Shown in pieces: positions 1-8,757 of a stretch of DNA of 20,000 nucleotides (position 1 is its first letter; each line of letters begins with the position of its first letter). The translations under genes were made by a program, and so were the position numbers. The stretch lies in the NCBI GenBank assembly GCA_035650735.1, contig DASRGZ010000173.1, positions 54,615-74,614 on the forward strand, given 5' to 3'. The notes below the pieces were generated by a model. That model was not told the origin of the DNA and ran no database searches. It was given only the letters and a program-made list of their open reading frames with translations. This DNA is from Chthonomonadaceae bacterium (GTDB lineage Bacteria; Armatimonadota; Chthonomonadetes; Chthonomonadales; Chthonomonadaceae).

Positions 1-108
1 GGGATCCCATTTACATTTAGAGGAATCCGAAGCGAAAGAGATTAAGACACGAGAACATCCAACCTGGGAGACAGACATGACATTATCAGCCCCGAAGAGG
101 TCACGCTA

Positions 109-459
109 ATGGAAGTGCTGGAGCGGACCCGACCTTATGAGGAATTTGTTGCCGTCGTGGAGGCGGTCGTCCGACGGTTGCAGGCCGAAGGGATCGCCGC
201 CCTCGTGCGAATCCAGTTCTATGCCCACTCCAACTCGACCGAGGTCGGCGCCCTTCTCACCTTTTCAGACCGCAACCAGATCATGCAGCACATCCAAATG
301 ATCACGGACTGGGAAGAGTTCCGGCAGTTCTTCCAGACGGTCAAGCCCCTGGATGTGCGGACCTACGGCAAATTGAGTGAGGAAGCAGAGGCCTGGATAC
401 GTCAATTCGATGTGGTGAGCAAAACCTTTGAGGAGCACGTAGCCGGGTTCGTGCGCTGA
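109..459 (+). CDS. Hypothetical protein (116 aa); true start may be ATG 77 if a 1-nt indel is present
   Basis: Protein-like ORF co-oriented with the downstream genes; no family motif recognised. GGAG (67-70) precedes an out-of-frame ATG at 77. Confidence 0.75.
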   Translation: MEVLERTRPYEEFVAVVEAVVRRLQAEGIAALVRIQFYAHSNSTEVGALLTFSDRNQIMQHIQMITDWEEFRQFFQTVKPLDVRTYGKLSEEAEAWIRQFDVVSKTFEEHVAGFVR

Positions 460-516
460 AGCCGCAAGGAAGAACGTGATACATTTAACGAGGCTCAGCG
501 AAGGAGAGAAAAGGGG

Positions 517-1554
517 ATGCGCCAAAAACCGGACTTTCCCGAGGAGAAGATAACCGCCTGTCTTCGCACCCAGTATGGCCTCGACGTCATTTCCGCTCGC
601 TTTCTGCCCATCGGCCATGACCTGAATGCCTTTCTCTACGAGGCGATCACGGCGGAAGGCGTCTCCTACTTCGTCAAAATTCGGGCCGGAGCCATCCACC
701 CGCCCAGCCTGCTTGTCCCGCGCGCTCTCATTGAGCATGGCATTCCGAACATCCTCGCGCCGCTAACCACCCGGACGCAGGCGCTCTGGTGCTCCCTGGA
801 TAGTTACTCGGTGATTGTCTACCCCTTCATCCGAGGCGAGAACGCGATGGTTGTCGGCCTGACCGACAGCCAGTGGCGGGAATTCGGCGCCACTCTGAAA
901 GCCATTCACTCTGGCGGCTTTGCTTCGCTGCTGCGTGGGCAAGTGCCTACGGAAACGTTCTCCATTCCGTCGGCCCGGCTAGTCCAGCGCTTGTCGGCCT
1001 GGATACAGGACGCCCGTTTCGATAGTCCGGTGGCTTCGGATCTGGCCTCATTTTGGGCCGAGAAGATGCCTGTAATAGAGCACATCATCGCACGCGCGCA
1101 GGCTTTAGGAAAACAGCTTCAATCCCGGCCGTTTGAGAATGTCCTGTGTCATGCCGATATTCATCGCGCGAACGTTCTGGTCAGCCAAGAGGGGCAGATC
1201 TACCTCATAGACTGGGACGGTCCTCTCCTGGCTCCCAGAGAGCGGGATCTGCTCTTTATAATTGGTTCCACCATTGCGGGTCGCGTGGAACCAGGAGAAG
1301 AAGAATTGTTCTTTCAAGGGTACGGCGCGGTGGATGTGGATCTCGCCGCGCTGGCGTATTACCGCTACGAGCGGGCCATCGAAGACATCGGTGAGTTTGG
1401 ACGAAGCGTGTTCCTGGATACAGGTCTGGGGGAAGAGGCAAAGGCAGGTGAGGCGAGGCTTCTCCGCAGTCAATTTGATCCGGGCGATATCATAGAGGCG
1501 GCTATGGAGGCCGACCAAAAACAGGGCGGGCCTACCTTCTGTGCTCAGGGATAA
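517..1554 (+). CDS. Aminoglycoside/aminocyclitol phosphotransferase, spectinomycin phosphotransferase APH(9)-like
   Basis: Brenner motif LCHADIHRANVL, YLIDWDGPLLAPRERDL and YYRYERAIEDI; layout resembles Legionella APH(9)-Ia as recalled. Purine-rich RBS upstream. Confidence 0.85.
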   Translation: MRQKPDFPEEKITACLRTQYGLDVISARFLPIGHDLNAFLYEAITAEGVSYFVKIRAGAIHPPSLLVPRALIEHGIPNILAPLTTRTQALWCSLDSYSVIVYPFIRGENAMVVGLTDSQWREFGATLKAIHSGGFASLLRGQVPTETFSIPSARLVQRLSAWIQDARFDSPVASDLASFWAEKMPVIEHIIARAQALGKQLQSRPFENVLCHADIHRANVLVSQEGQIYLIDWDGPLLAPRERDLLFIIGSTIAGRVEPGEEELFFQGYGAVDVDLAALAYYRYERAIEDIGEFGRSVFLDTGLGEEAKAGEARLLRSQFDPGDIIEAAMEADQKQGGPTFCAQG

Positions 1555-1652
1555 GAAGGCTCACACTGCGCTGGCATATCCGTTATGGTATTATGGTACT
1601 GGTATGCTTCTCAACCATATATTCACGGTATGTCCGGTAGCGCTATTCTATT

Positions 1653-2123
1653 ATGGCGACTCTCTTTCTGATATGCGGTTTGCCGGGGGCAGGCAAAACA
1701 ACGCTTGCCAGGCAACTGGAGCAGGAACGGCCCGCACTGCGATTATGCCCCGACGAATGGATCACGCAAATCATCGCCGATCCGACGGATCAAGCCGAGC
1801 TAGACAGGCTGCGCTCGCCGGTGGAAGCCGTACAGTGGGAGGTTGCCACAAGGGCTCTTGTTTTAGGAATCGATGTCGTCCTGGAATGGGGATTCTGGTC
1901 TCGGGAGGAGCGCCGACATTATCGGGCGCAGGCGGAAGCGTTAGGGGCCTGTGTCGAGCTGCGCTACCTTGAGGTTGGCCGGGAGGAATTGTGGGCCAGA
2001 TTGTCGAAGCGCAATGCAAATCTCCCGCCAGGAACCTTTGTCGTCACCGAGGAACAGCTTAATCTCTGGTGGTCGTGGTTTGAGCCTCCCACCCAGGAGG
2101 AGCTTGAATTGAACGCAACATAG
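1653..2123 (+). CDS. Small P-loop kinase / AAA_33-family ATP-binding protein
   Basis: Walker A GLPGAGKTT at the N-terminus, DVVLEWGFWSREER, and lid-like RLSKRN. Confidence 0.85.
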   Translation: MATLFLICGLPGAGKTTLARQLEQERPALRLCPDEWITQIIADPTDQAELDRLRSPVEAVQWEVATRALVLGIDVVLEWGFWSREERRHYRAQAEALGACVELRYLEVGREELWARLSKRNANLPPGTFVVTEEQLNLWWSWFEPPTQEELELNAT

Positions 2124-2159
2124 CATCAAATTGCCAGAATGTGTAAGGAAACAGCCATT

Positions 2160-3149
2160 ATGTCCCAACCGTGCACTGTTCTCCGCCGCCTGACATTCAC
2201 TGCGACCTGCGCCGCCCTCCTCGGCGTTGCCGTTGCCGCCGGATGGACGCGCGCCGGCGCGCGCCCGAACCAGGCATCTCTGCCCAAATCAAAGCCAGCC
2301 ACTCCTTCTGCCAGTGCCGGAAGTGCTGGCAAAAAGTCGGAGTGGGCGCAGATAAGCGCGGAACGCTGGACGCACGACGACGTAACCAGTGTGGGCAGCG
2401 GGCGCAACTTCCGCTATGTCGAAGGGGAGACGACCGTTACCGGCGATGCCTTCCGCTATAACAGCAAACAAAAGCAGTTGGATGCGGAGGGGCATCTGGT
2501 TCTGGACGACCTGAAACACCATGTCACGGGCGATAAGGCGACGGTGGATAACAGCCGCAAGAAGCTGGCTATCATCACAGGCCATGTGGTTCTGGTACTC
2601 AAGCCGGAGTCGGAAGCGCAGGGCAGTCCTCCGCCGGGGGCAGTAAAGGGAGCGGTCGGGCTGGCGCCGATAGAGGTGCCGGGCAAGACGCCTCCGCCCA
2701 CTGAGGAGAAAGAGGATGCCGGCGCGATTCGGCGGCACGGCGTCACCGCGACCTGCGACCGCCTGGAGGACTACTACCGGAGGAAGTTCGCCATCCTGCG
2801 CGGCAACGTCGTGTTTACACAAAAATATACCGACAAGGACGGTAAGCAGATCGAGCGCACGGCGACCGCCGAGCACGCCGAATACAACGGCAAAACGGAA
2901 GTTCTCGTGCTCTTCGCGCCGGTTGAGATGCACGATAATCAGGGGCAGGAATTTCACTTCGACCAGAACCTGACCATCCACACGAAAAAGGGCGAAGAAC
3001 AAATCTCCAGCCAGGGGAAACTTCAGGGAAAGATCCACGTTGACGAGGAGGATGAGGGGGGCGAGGAAGAGGGCGAGGCGCCCTCCGCGCCTGCCACCCC
3101 CACGCCCTCCCAGCCTGCTCCGCCTTCTCCCACGGGGAAGGGCGGATAA
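2160..3149 (+). CDS. Exported LptA/OstA-like beta-jellyroll protein with Pro-rich insertion and acidic tail
   Basis: Signal peptide; repeated beta-strand motifs (VTGDAFRYN...LDAEGHLVL, VTGDKATVD...IITGHVVL, ATCDRLED...ILRGNVVF, ATAEHAEYN). ATG 2160 follows AAGGAAA. Confidence 0.7.
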   Translation: MSQPCTVLRRLTFTATCAALLGVAVAAGWTRAGARPNQASLPKSKPATPSASAGSAGKKSEWAQISAERWTHDDVTSVGSGRNFRYVEGETTVTGDAFRYNSKQKQLDAEGHLVLDDLKHHVTGDKATVDNSRKKLAIITGHVVLVLKPESEAQGSPPPGAVKGAVGLAPIEVPGKTPPPTEEKEDAGAIRRHGVTATCDRLEDYYRRKFAILRGNVVFTQKYTDKDGKQIERTATAEHAEYNGKTEVLVLFAPVEMHDNQGQEFHFDQNLTIHTKKGEEQISSQGKLQGKIHVDEEDEGGEEEGEAPSAPATPTPSQPAPPSPTGKGG

Positions 3150-3157
3150 GCCCAGGC

Positions 3158-3308
3158 GCCCGGCCCTAAAGGACCGGGCTGTAGGCGGCAAGCCCGCTAA
3201 AGCGGGCTAAGAGAGGTGGGTGAGCCCCTTTCAGGGGTTACAAGAAGGAAGGTTAGCCCCCTTCAGGGGGCTTGCCGTCCGCAGCCCATCCCTTTAGGGG
3301 TGGGCTGC
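3158..3308. repeat. REP/REPIN-like element: two inverted hairpin-linker-hairpin units flanking a central hairpin
   Basis: Left arm 3158-3210 gcccggccctaaaggaccgggctgtaggcggcaagcccgctaaagcgggctaa; right arm 3253-3305 reverse complement gcccacccctaaagggatgggctgcggacggcaagccccctgaagggggctaa; extra hairpin 3223-3239. Lies between convergent stops. Confidence 0.8.
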
Positions 3309-3309
3309 C

Positions 3310-4329
3310 TTACTGCCAGGGCTTGAGCAGGATTTTGGCGCAGTTGTGCGAGGCGGAAACCTCCATCGCCTGCTGGATCTCGCTCATGGGTATCTCGTGG
3401 CTAATCAGCTTGTCCAGCAGCGGCGATTTCTGAATGACCTGCATGATCTGCGGGAAGAGCGCCAGGTTGTAGTGCCAGGAGCCGATGAGCTTAAGCCCCT
3501 TGCGGATCATATCCGGGCTAATGCGCAGACGCAGCTCGTCGTCGTAGCACTCGCCGACAAAGGCCAGGCTACCCTTGCGTCGTAAAGCGTCAATGCAGAC
3601 TCGCTGCGCCTGGGGCACGCCGGAGCAGTCCAGCGCCTTATCTACTCCACGCCCCTGCGTCAGATCCCGGATCTGGCTCACCACGTTCTCGCTCTTCGGA
3701 TCGATCACGGCCTCTGCGCCAAGCTGTTTCGCGCGCTCCACGCGCCAGGGATGGCCCTCCACCACGATAGGCCGCGCGCCCCGGTAGACGGCGTTGACAA
3801 TCGCGCCCAGCCCGACCGGCCCGGCCCCCGTAATTAGCACCGTATCGAACGCATCCACACCCATCAGGTCAAACGCGCCAAACGACGGCCCCAGTGCGCA
3901 GCAGGCCAGCGAGGCGTGCTCGTAGGAGACGCCCTCCGGGATTTTGGGCAGCAGCCAGGAGGGCTTGAGGATATACTGGCCCATCGTGGCGCTACCCTCC
4001 AGCGAGCCGTGCAGCCGGGCGTAATCGGCGGCTTGCTCGCAATGGATATAGTCGCCGCCCACGCAGAGCGAGCACGTGCCGCATCCGGCCAGCGGCATGG
4101 CGACCACGCGATCCCCGACCTTGACGCGCCCCGGCTGGGCGACCGCGACCACTTCGCCCGCCGCCTCATGCCCCAGATGCTCGGCGCGATTTCCGGCCAG
4201 GAACGCTTTGTACTCCGTACACATGGGCGCGACATGCACCTTCACCAGAACCCAGTCCTCTTTCGGGCGCGGGTCCGGCACTTCCACGATCTCGGCCCGA
4301 CGTGGGCCGCTCACGACCACTTTTTGCAT
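3310..4329 (-). CDS. Zn-dependent medium-chain dehydrogenase (polyol/sugar dehydrogenase-like)
   Basis: Catalytic Cys (PMCTE), GHE, structural Zn cluster CGTCSLCVGGDYIHC, and GAGPVG Rossmann motif. Confidence 0.9.
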   Translation of the reverse strand: MQKVVVSGPRRAEIVEVPDPRPKEDWVLVKVHVAPMCTEYKAFLAGNRAEHLGHEAAGEVVAVAQPGRVKVGDRVVAMPLAGCGTCSLCVGGDYIHCEQAADYARLHGSLEGSATMGQYILKPSWLLPKIPEGVSYEHASLACCALGPSFGAFDLMGVDAFDTVLITGAGPVGLGAIVNAVYRGARPIVVEGHPWRVERAKQLGAEAVIDPKSENVVSQIRDLTQGRGVDKALDCSGVPQAQRVCIDALRRKGSLAFVGECYDDELRLRISPDMIRKGLKLIGSWHYNLALFPQIMQVIQKSPLLDKLISHEIPMSEIQQAMEVSASHNCAKILLKPWQ

Positions 4330-4340
4330 CTATCTCTCCC

Positions 4341-6362
4341 TTAAATTGGAATCACTTTGTAAGTCTGCACGCCGGTAAGGGTGCCGAAGAGCGCCCAGAG
4401 ACCGCCGGAGACGTAATCGCCCAGGATCAGGCCGATAAAGAACGGCAGCAACTGACGGTAGAGCTTCATCCCGCCATAGCGCAGAATCAATGCCTTGATC
4501 AGCCAGCCGACAAACGTCGCGCACCAGAGCCAGGGCATCGTAAACGTCCCGGCCAGCGCGTAGCCGACCGGGTGAAACGGCCACCAGAGAAAACGCGCCC
4601 GGCCCGCCATTAGCAGCCCCATGACCAGCATCCCGATGCCCATGCCTTGCAGGCGCAGCACATCAAACCGATTGGGCGTATCTATCCAGCCGGAGAGAAT
4701 GTTCCAGGGCGTGCGGCCCATCGAGGTGCGCCAGCTATCTACGTGCGCCGATCCCGCGCCGTAGCGGTAATAGCAGGCCAGGATGGCGGCCCAGGCAACC
4801 AGCGTGCCCAGGACGGTTGCCAGCAGGATCGCCCCAAAAACCTGCCGCTGCCGCATGCGCGCTTCGCCCGCGATCTTGAACGCCTCCAACTGGTAGGGCA
4901 TCAAGGTTGGGCGGTAATCCAGGTCCATCCACTGAAACTGGGTCAGCCCGACCAGGTTCTGCATCCCGTAGACCTGCGGGTTGGCGGCGGAGGTAAGCAT
5001 CTGATGCGGGGTCATGTCCGGCCCAAACGCCCAGGGCAGGCCCGCCTCCGCCCGCAGGCGCGTGTAGGTAACCACCACCAGCAGATAGAGCAGGAAGAAG
5101 AGCGCCGCCAGCCAGGCCGACATGCCAAGCGCCACCGCAAACGCCGTCATCCCCACAAAGCCGAGTACCGTGCCCGCCAGCGCCCAGCGATAGGGAAGCG
5201 GCTCCTTGCTGTCGTCCCCGGCGGCCCCGTCCGACCGGAAGGCCGTGCGGAATACCTCCCGCAGATAGCCGCGCATGTTCCACAGCGAGAACAGCGCCAG
5301 CCCGATAAACGCGCCAAACGCCTGCTCCCCGATATAAGGAATGCGCGCCAGGGCCGGGCGCGCCCCCGGATCGCGAAAGCCCAGCGCCGTCGTGATCACG
5401 TCCTCCGCCTTGCGCACAAAAAAGAAGAACCAGCAGGAGAAGGAGACATCCGTGGGCAGGAAGTAGACTACGCCGATAACTACCGGGTAGAACGACATCT
5501 CCAGCGTGCCAACGGCGTTCCAGGGCGAGGTGGTGAAGAGGGACGTCAGGCTCAGGCGCGGATCGCTAGGCTTGAGGGGCACGAAGGGAATGGATGGATA
5601 GAGATAGGCGATGCCGGCGAGGTTCTCCAGCGCAAAGGCGGCCAGAAACCCGGCCCACAGGAACTTATTGGCAAACAGGGCGCGATTGCCGCCGTCGCGG
5701 GTCATCTCCAGCGGCAGCAGGACGATGGGGAAAGTCAGCCGCTCCTGCTCGACCCAGCGCCGCCGCAGGATCGCGCTCAGGCAGAGTGTCGTAAAGAGCA
5801 TGACCACGATAAAGGCCGACCAGGCCAGGATCGGGCCGAGCCAGGCGGAAACGTGCGCCCACGTAAAGAACGAGGACTGGCCGTGATAGAACCCGCGCAG
5901 CGCGTCCGGGCGGGGAAACGCCCAGGCGCGCAGGTACGGGTGAAACTTCTCCGCCCACTGGTTTTCGGGCGTCGCCTCGTGCAGACCGCTCGCCTGCATC
6001 ATAATGAGAAACTGCATCATGCCGACGCTGCTGATGCTGATGGATACCGTCTGCAAGATATAGATGAAGAGCAGCTCCGCCTGCGTCAGCGCCAGGCGCG
6101 GCAGCCATCGTTTCAGGGCAGCGTTGACGGCCAGCAGCACCAGCAGCGCGAAGGTCACTCCGACGCCAAGCGCCGTGACGGCCAGTTCGGTGGACTGGGC
6201 CACGATGTCGCTGTAGACGTTCCAGAAGCAGAGCGCCGGAATGAGTAGCGTGCCGATGAGAAGCGCACGCGGAGTGATGCCGTAGGCGCTCAGGCGGCGT
6301 GCCCGGACGCCGCCCTGCGGCTGCGATGGCGTTTGTCGTTGGGACGGCGCGGGTCGCATCAT
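4341..6362 (-). CDS. Polytopic membrane protein, DUF6785/DUF6784-like (putative transporter)
   Basis: Many hydrophobic helices; motifs RRRWVEQERLTFPI, RLRAEAG, WWPFHPVGY, LILRYGG and PFFIGLILGD. Start moved to ATG 6362/6359 to avoid overlap with the upstream gene. Family name from recall. Confidence 0.75.
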   Translation of the reverse strand: MMRPAPSQRQTPSQPQGGVRARRLSAYGITPRALLIGTLLIPALCFWNVYSDIVAQSTELAVTALGVGVTFALLVLLAVNAALKRWLPRLALTQAELLFIYILQTVSISISSVGMMQFLIMMQASGLHEATPENQWAEKFHPYLRAWAFPRPDALRGFYHGQSSFFTWAHVSAWLGPILAWSAFIVVMLFTTLCLSAILRRRWVEQERLTFPIVLLPLEMTRDGGNRALFANKFLWAGFLAAFALENLAGIAYLYPSIPFVPLKPSDPRLSLTSLFTTSPWNAVGTLEMSFYPVVIGVVYFLPTDVSFSCWFFFFVRKAEDVITTALGFRDPGARPALARIPYIGEQAFGAFIGLALFSLWNMRGYLREVFRTAFRSDGAAGDDSKEPLPYRWALAGTVLGFVGMTAFAVALGMSAWLAALFFLLYLLVVVTYTRLRAEAGLPWAFGPDMTPHQMLTSAANPQVYGMQNLVGLTQFQWMDLDYRPTLMPYQLEAFKIAGEARMRQRQVFGAILLATVLGTLVAWAAILACYYRYGAGSAHVDSWRTSMGRTPWNILSGWIDTPNRFDVLRLQGMGIGMLVMGLLMAGRARFLWWPFHPVGYALAGTFTMPWLWCATFVGWLIKALILRYGGMKLYRQLLPFFIGLILGDYVSGGLWALFGTLTGVQTYKVIPI

Positions 6363-6370
6363 CGCCCGGC

Positions 6371-7423
6371 TCAATCGGCGATGGGGGCCGGGTTGTGCTC
6401 CCAATCGAGAATGACGCCCAGGTAACTCTCCTTCTCGTGCAGTAGTCCCTGGTAAGCGTTATTCAGCTCGGCGGGCGGCAGGACATGGGAGATGAGCGGC
6501 GTCACCTGGAGGCTGCCGTCGCCGATCATGCGCAGGATCAGCTCGGCGTTGGCCTCGGTGGTTACGCCCGGGCTCTGGCGCTTCAGCAGCGGGATCGTCC
6601 ACTCCAGCGCACCGATGATCTCGACGCCGTGGAAGTGCGCCCGCTTGAGCGCAACGGTGACGTCGCCCTGATAGGGCGCGCGCGGCGTGCCGAGCATGAT
6701 GACCTGCCCATTGTTGGCTACGTGGTGTACCGCCTGCTCGACGATGCGCGAGTCGCCGACGGCGTCCACGACGATAGGCGGGTTAACGCCGCCGTTCAGG
6801 GCGTTCACTCGCGCCCAGAGCTCGTCTTCCGAAAGCTCGGACGGATCGAGGGTCGCGTAGAAGCCGACTCTCTCGGCCAGGGCCCGCCGCTTGGCCGCGA
6901 GGTCTATGCCGATGACGCGCTGCCCATCCCGCTGGAAGAACTGCCCGGCCAGGTTCCCGACCAGCCCCAGGCCGATCATGACGACCGTATCGCCCAGCGC
7001 GGCCCGCGCCCGGCGAATGCCGGTGATCGCTACGCCCGCCATGCGCGCCATGACCGCCGTCGTCGAGTCCAATCCCTCCGGCACGGGCACGCAGAGCCGC
7101 TTGGCCGTGTCCTCCAGCGCATAGGAAGCGTGGTTGTAGATGCCGTAGACCCGCTGCCCCGGCGCGATGCCCTGCACGTCCGGTCCGATCGCCTGCACGC
7201 GCCCGATGCCGCCGTAGCCGGGCCGCCAGGGATAGGCGCACCATCGGCCCGGCACGCGCGTATCCGGGTCCAGGCCGGTGTAGTTGGCCAACTCTGTGCC
7301 GGCGCTGACGATGGTGCGCTCTATCTTCACCAGCACCTGCGTTCCCTGCGGCTCGTCCGGCAGGTCAAACTCCTCAAACCGCACCGTCTGTTCGGCAACG
7401 ATGCTCGCGCGAACGGCTTTCAT
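6371..7423 (-). CDS. Medium-chain dehydrogenase lacking canonical Zn ligands (BchC-like MDR subgroup)
   Basis: VSAGTE and PGYGGIGRV replace the Cys and GHE motifs; GLGLVG Rossmann motif. AGGAG RBS before ATG 7423 (MKAVRAS). Confidence 0.85.
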   Translation of the reverse strand: MKAVRASIVAEQTVRFEEFDLPDEPQGTQVLVKIERTIVSAGTELANYTGLDPDTRVPGRWCAYPWRPGYGGIGRVQAIGPDVQGIAPGQRVYGIYNHASYALEDTAKRLCVPVPEGLDSTTAVMARMAGVAITGIRRARAALGDTVVMIGLGLVGNLAGQFFQRDGQRVIGIDLAAKRRALAERVGFYATLDPSELSEDELWARVNALNGGVNPPIVVDAVGDSRIVEQAVHHVANNGQVIMLGTPRAPYQGDVTVALKRAHFHGVEIIGALEWTIPLLKRQSPGVTTEANAELILRMIGDGSLQVTPLISHVLPPAELNNAYQGLLHEKESYLGVILDWEHNPAPIAD

Positions 7424-7454
7424 GCTTCTTTCTCCTATGTAAGGGGTTCCATTG

Positions 7455-8756
7455 TTATGGGGAGAGGCTAGCGGTAAGGGCGTTAGCCTCGTCTTGGCGT
7501 CCGGCGTCGTGGAGCGCCTGCGCCAACTGGCGGCGTGCCTGCTGATCATCAGGCTGCATCTCCAGGATACGCTTGTACTCCACGATAGCCCGCTTCAGGC
7601 TGCCCACCCGATAGTATTCGCGGGCCAGAGCCCGGTGAGCGTTTATGTCGTTGGGCTTGAGGGTCACCCCCAGGGTCAGACGCGCCAGGGTATCGCTGAG
7701 CGTATGGTCTTGTTTGTGCTGCTTGAGAAGCTCCGCTCCCTTTTGCGTCTCTCCCTTTTGAATGTAAAGCTGTCCCAGGTGCAAAAGCACTTGCTCCGTA
7801 TGGCTATCGGCGGCGCGCACCTGCTCCAGGTCGCGCAGGGCGGCGTCGGTCTGGCCGAGCATCTTCTCGGCGACGCCCCGGATATAGAGGGCGCGTATAT
7901 TTCCGGGATGCAGCTGAAGCGCCTGGTTGGCAGCGTCAATTGCGGCGGGCGCGTTGCGCATCTGGATATAGATCTGCGCGCGCTCCAGCAGCAGCAGGCC
8001 CTTATCCGGCAGAATTTTGAGCGCCTCGTCTATGGTTTTGAGCGCATCGGGGTAGCGCTGGGCGTGCCGATAAACTTCGATCAGGGGGCCGATGCTGGAG
8101 GCGTCCTGAGGATCGAGCCGCCGCGCGGTCAGCAGTTCCCGCTCCGAAGCTCGAAAGTCGTTATTCTGGAAGTAGACCATGCCGAGCGTCACGTGCAGGC
8201 GCGGATCGTTGGGCAATTGCTTCAGGGCGCGGATGAGCAGTTGTTCCGCCTCGCGATTCCAGCCGAAAGCGATATATTTATAAGCCAGCAAGGAGAGCGC
8301 CTGGCCGTTATTAGGGTCAAGCTCCAGCGCGCGGCGGAACTCCTCCGCCGCCAGGTCGGGTAATCCGCTTACGTCGTAGATCTGGCCCAGGGCGACGTGC
8401 GGCTCGGCGCTTTGCGGGTTGAGCTGCGCGGCGATACGCGCCTCCTGCGCGGCCTGCGGGTACTTGAGCGCCCGGCCCAGCACAGCGGCCAGCGCCAGAT
8501 GCGCCTGGAAATTCTGCGGATCGGCGGCGACGCGCTTGCGGGCCGCCGCTTCCTCGGCTTTTTGCCGCTCCAGCGCGCGGAGGGCCTGGGCCTTTTGGGC
8601 GGTATCCTGCTCAATCCGGGCGGTTTCGCGGCTTAAGCGGGCGCGCAGCGGCCAGGTAGCCAGCCAGGCGACCGCCAGGATACCCAGGACGATCAGCAGA
8701 ATGCGGTCACGCCTGGAAAGACGGCCTGCGGTGGGTGAGAGCGAGAACGGCTTCAA
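7455..8756 (-). CDS. Membrane-anchored tetratricopeptide repeat (TPR) protein
   Basis: N-terminal TM (ILLIVLGILAVAWLATW), coiled segment, and multiple TPRs (e.g. AEPHVALGQIY...AAEEFRRALELDPNN). TTG start abuts the upstream stop. Confidence 0.85.
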   Translation of the reverse strand: MKPFSLSPTAGRLSRRDRILLIVLGILAVAWLATWPLRARLSRETARIEQDTAQKAQALRALERQKAEEAAARKRVAADPQNFQAHLALAAVLGRALKYPQAAQEARIAAQLNPQSAEPHVALGQIYDVSGLPDLAAEEFRRALELDPNNGQALSLLAYKYIAFGWNREAEQLLIRALKQLPNDPRLHVTLGMVYFQNNDFRASERELLTARRLDPQDASSIGPLIEVYRHAQRYPDALKTIDEALKILPDKGLLLLERAQIYIQMRNAPAAIDAANQALQLHPGNIRALYIRGVAEKMLGQTDAALRDLEQVRAADSHTEQVLLHLGQLYIQKGETQKGAELLKQHKQDHTLSDTLARLTLGVTLKPNDINAHRALAREYYRVGSLKRAIVEYKRILEMQPDDQQARRQLAQALHDAGRQDEANALTASLSP

Positions 8757-8757
8757 T

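Noticed and set aside
2172..2200. Tat signal in the LptA-like protein (LRRLTF)
   Set aside because: Poor match to S/T-R-R-x-F-L-K; a Sec signal is equally plausible.
4647..6248. Long antisense or alternate-frame ORFs (also 2289-3191, 6485-7471, 7452-8363, 10571-11671, 13025-13864, 15378-16268, 16431-17414)
   Set aside because: They overlap well-supported genes, have no motifs, and are expected shadows in GC-rich coding DNA.
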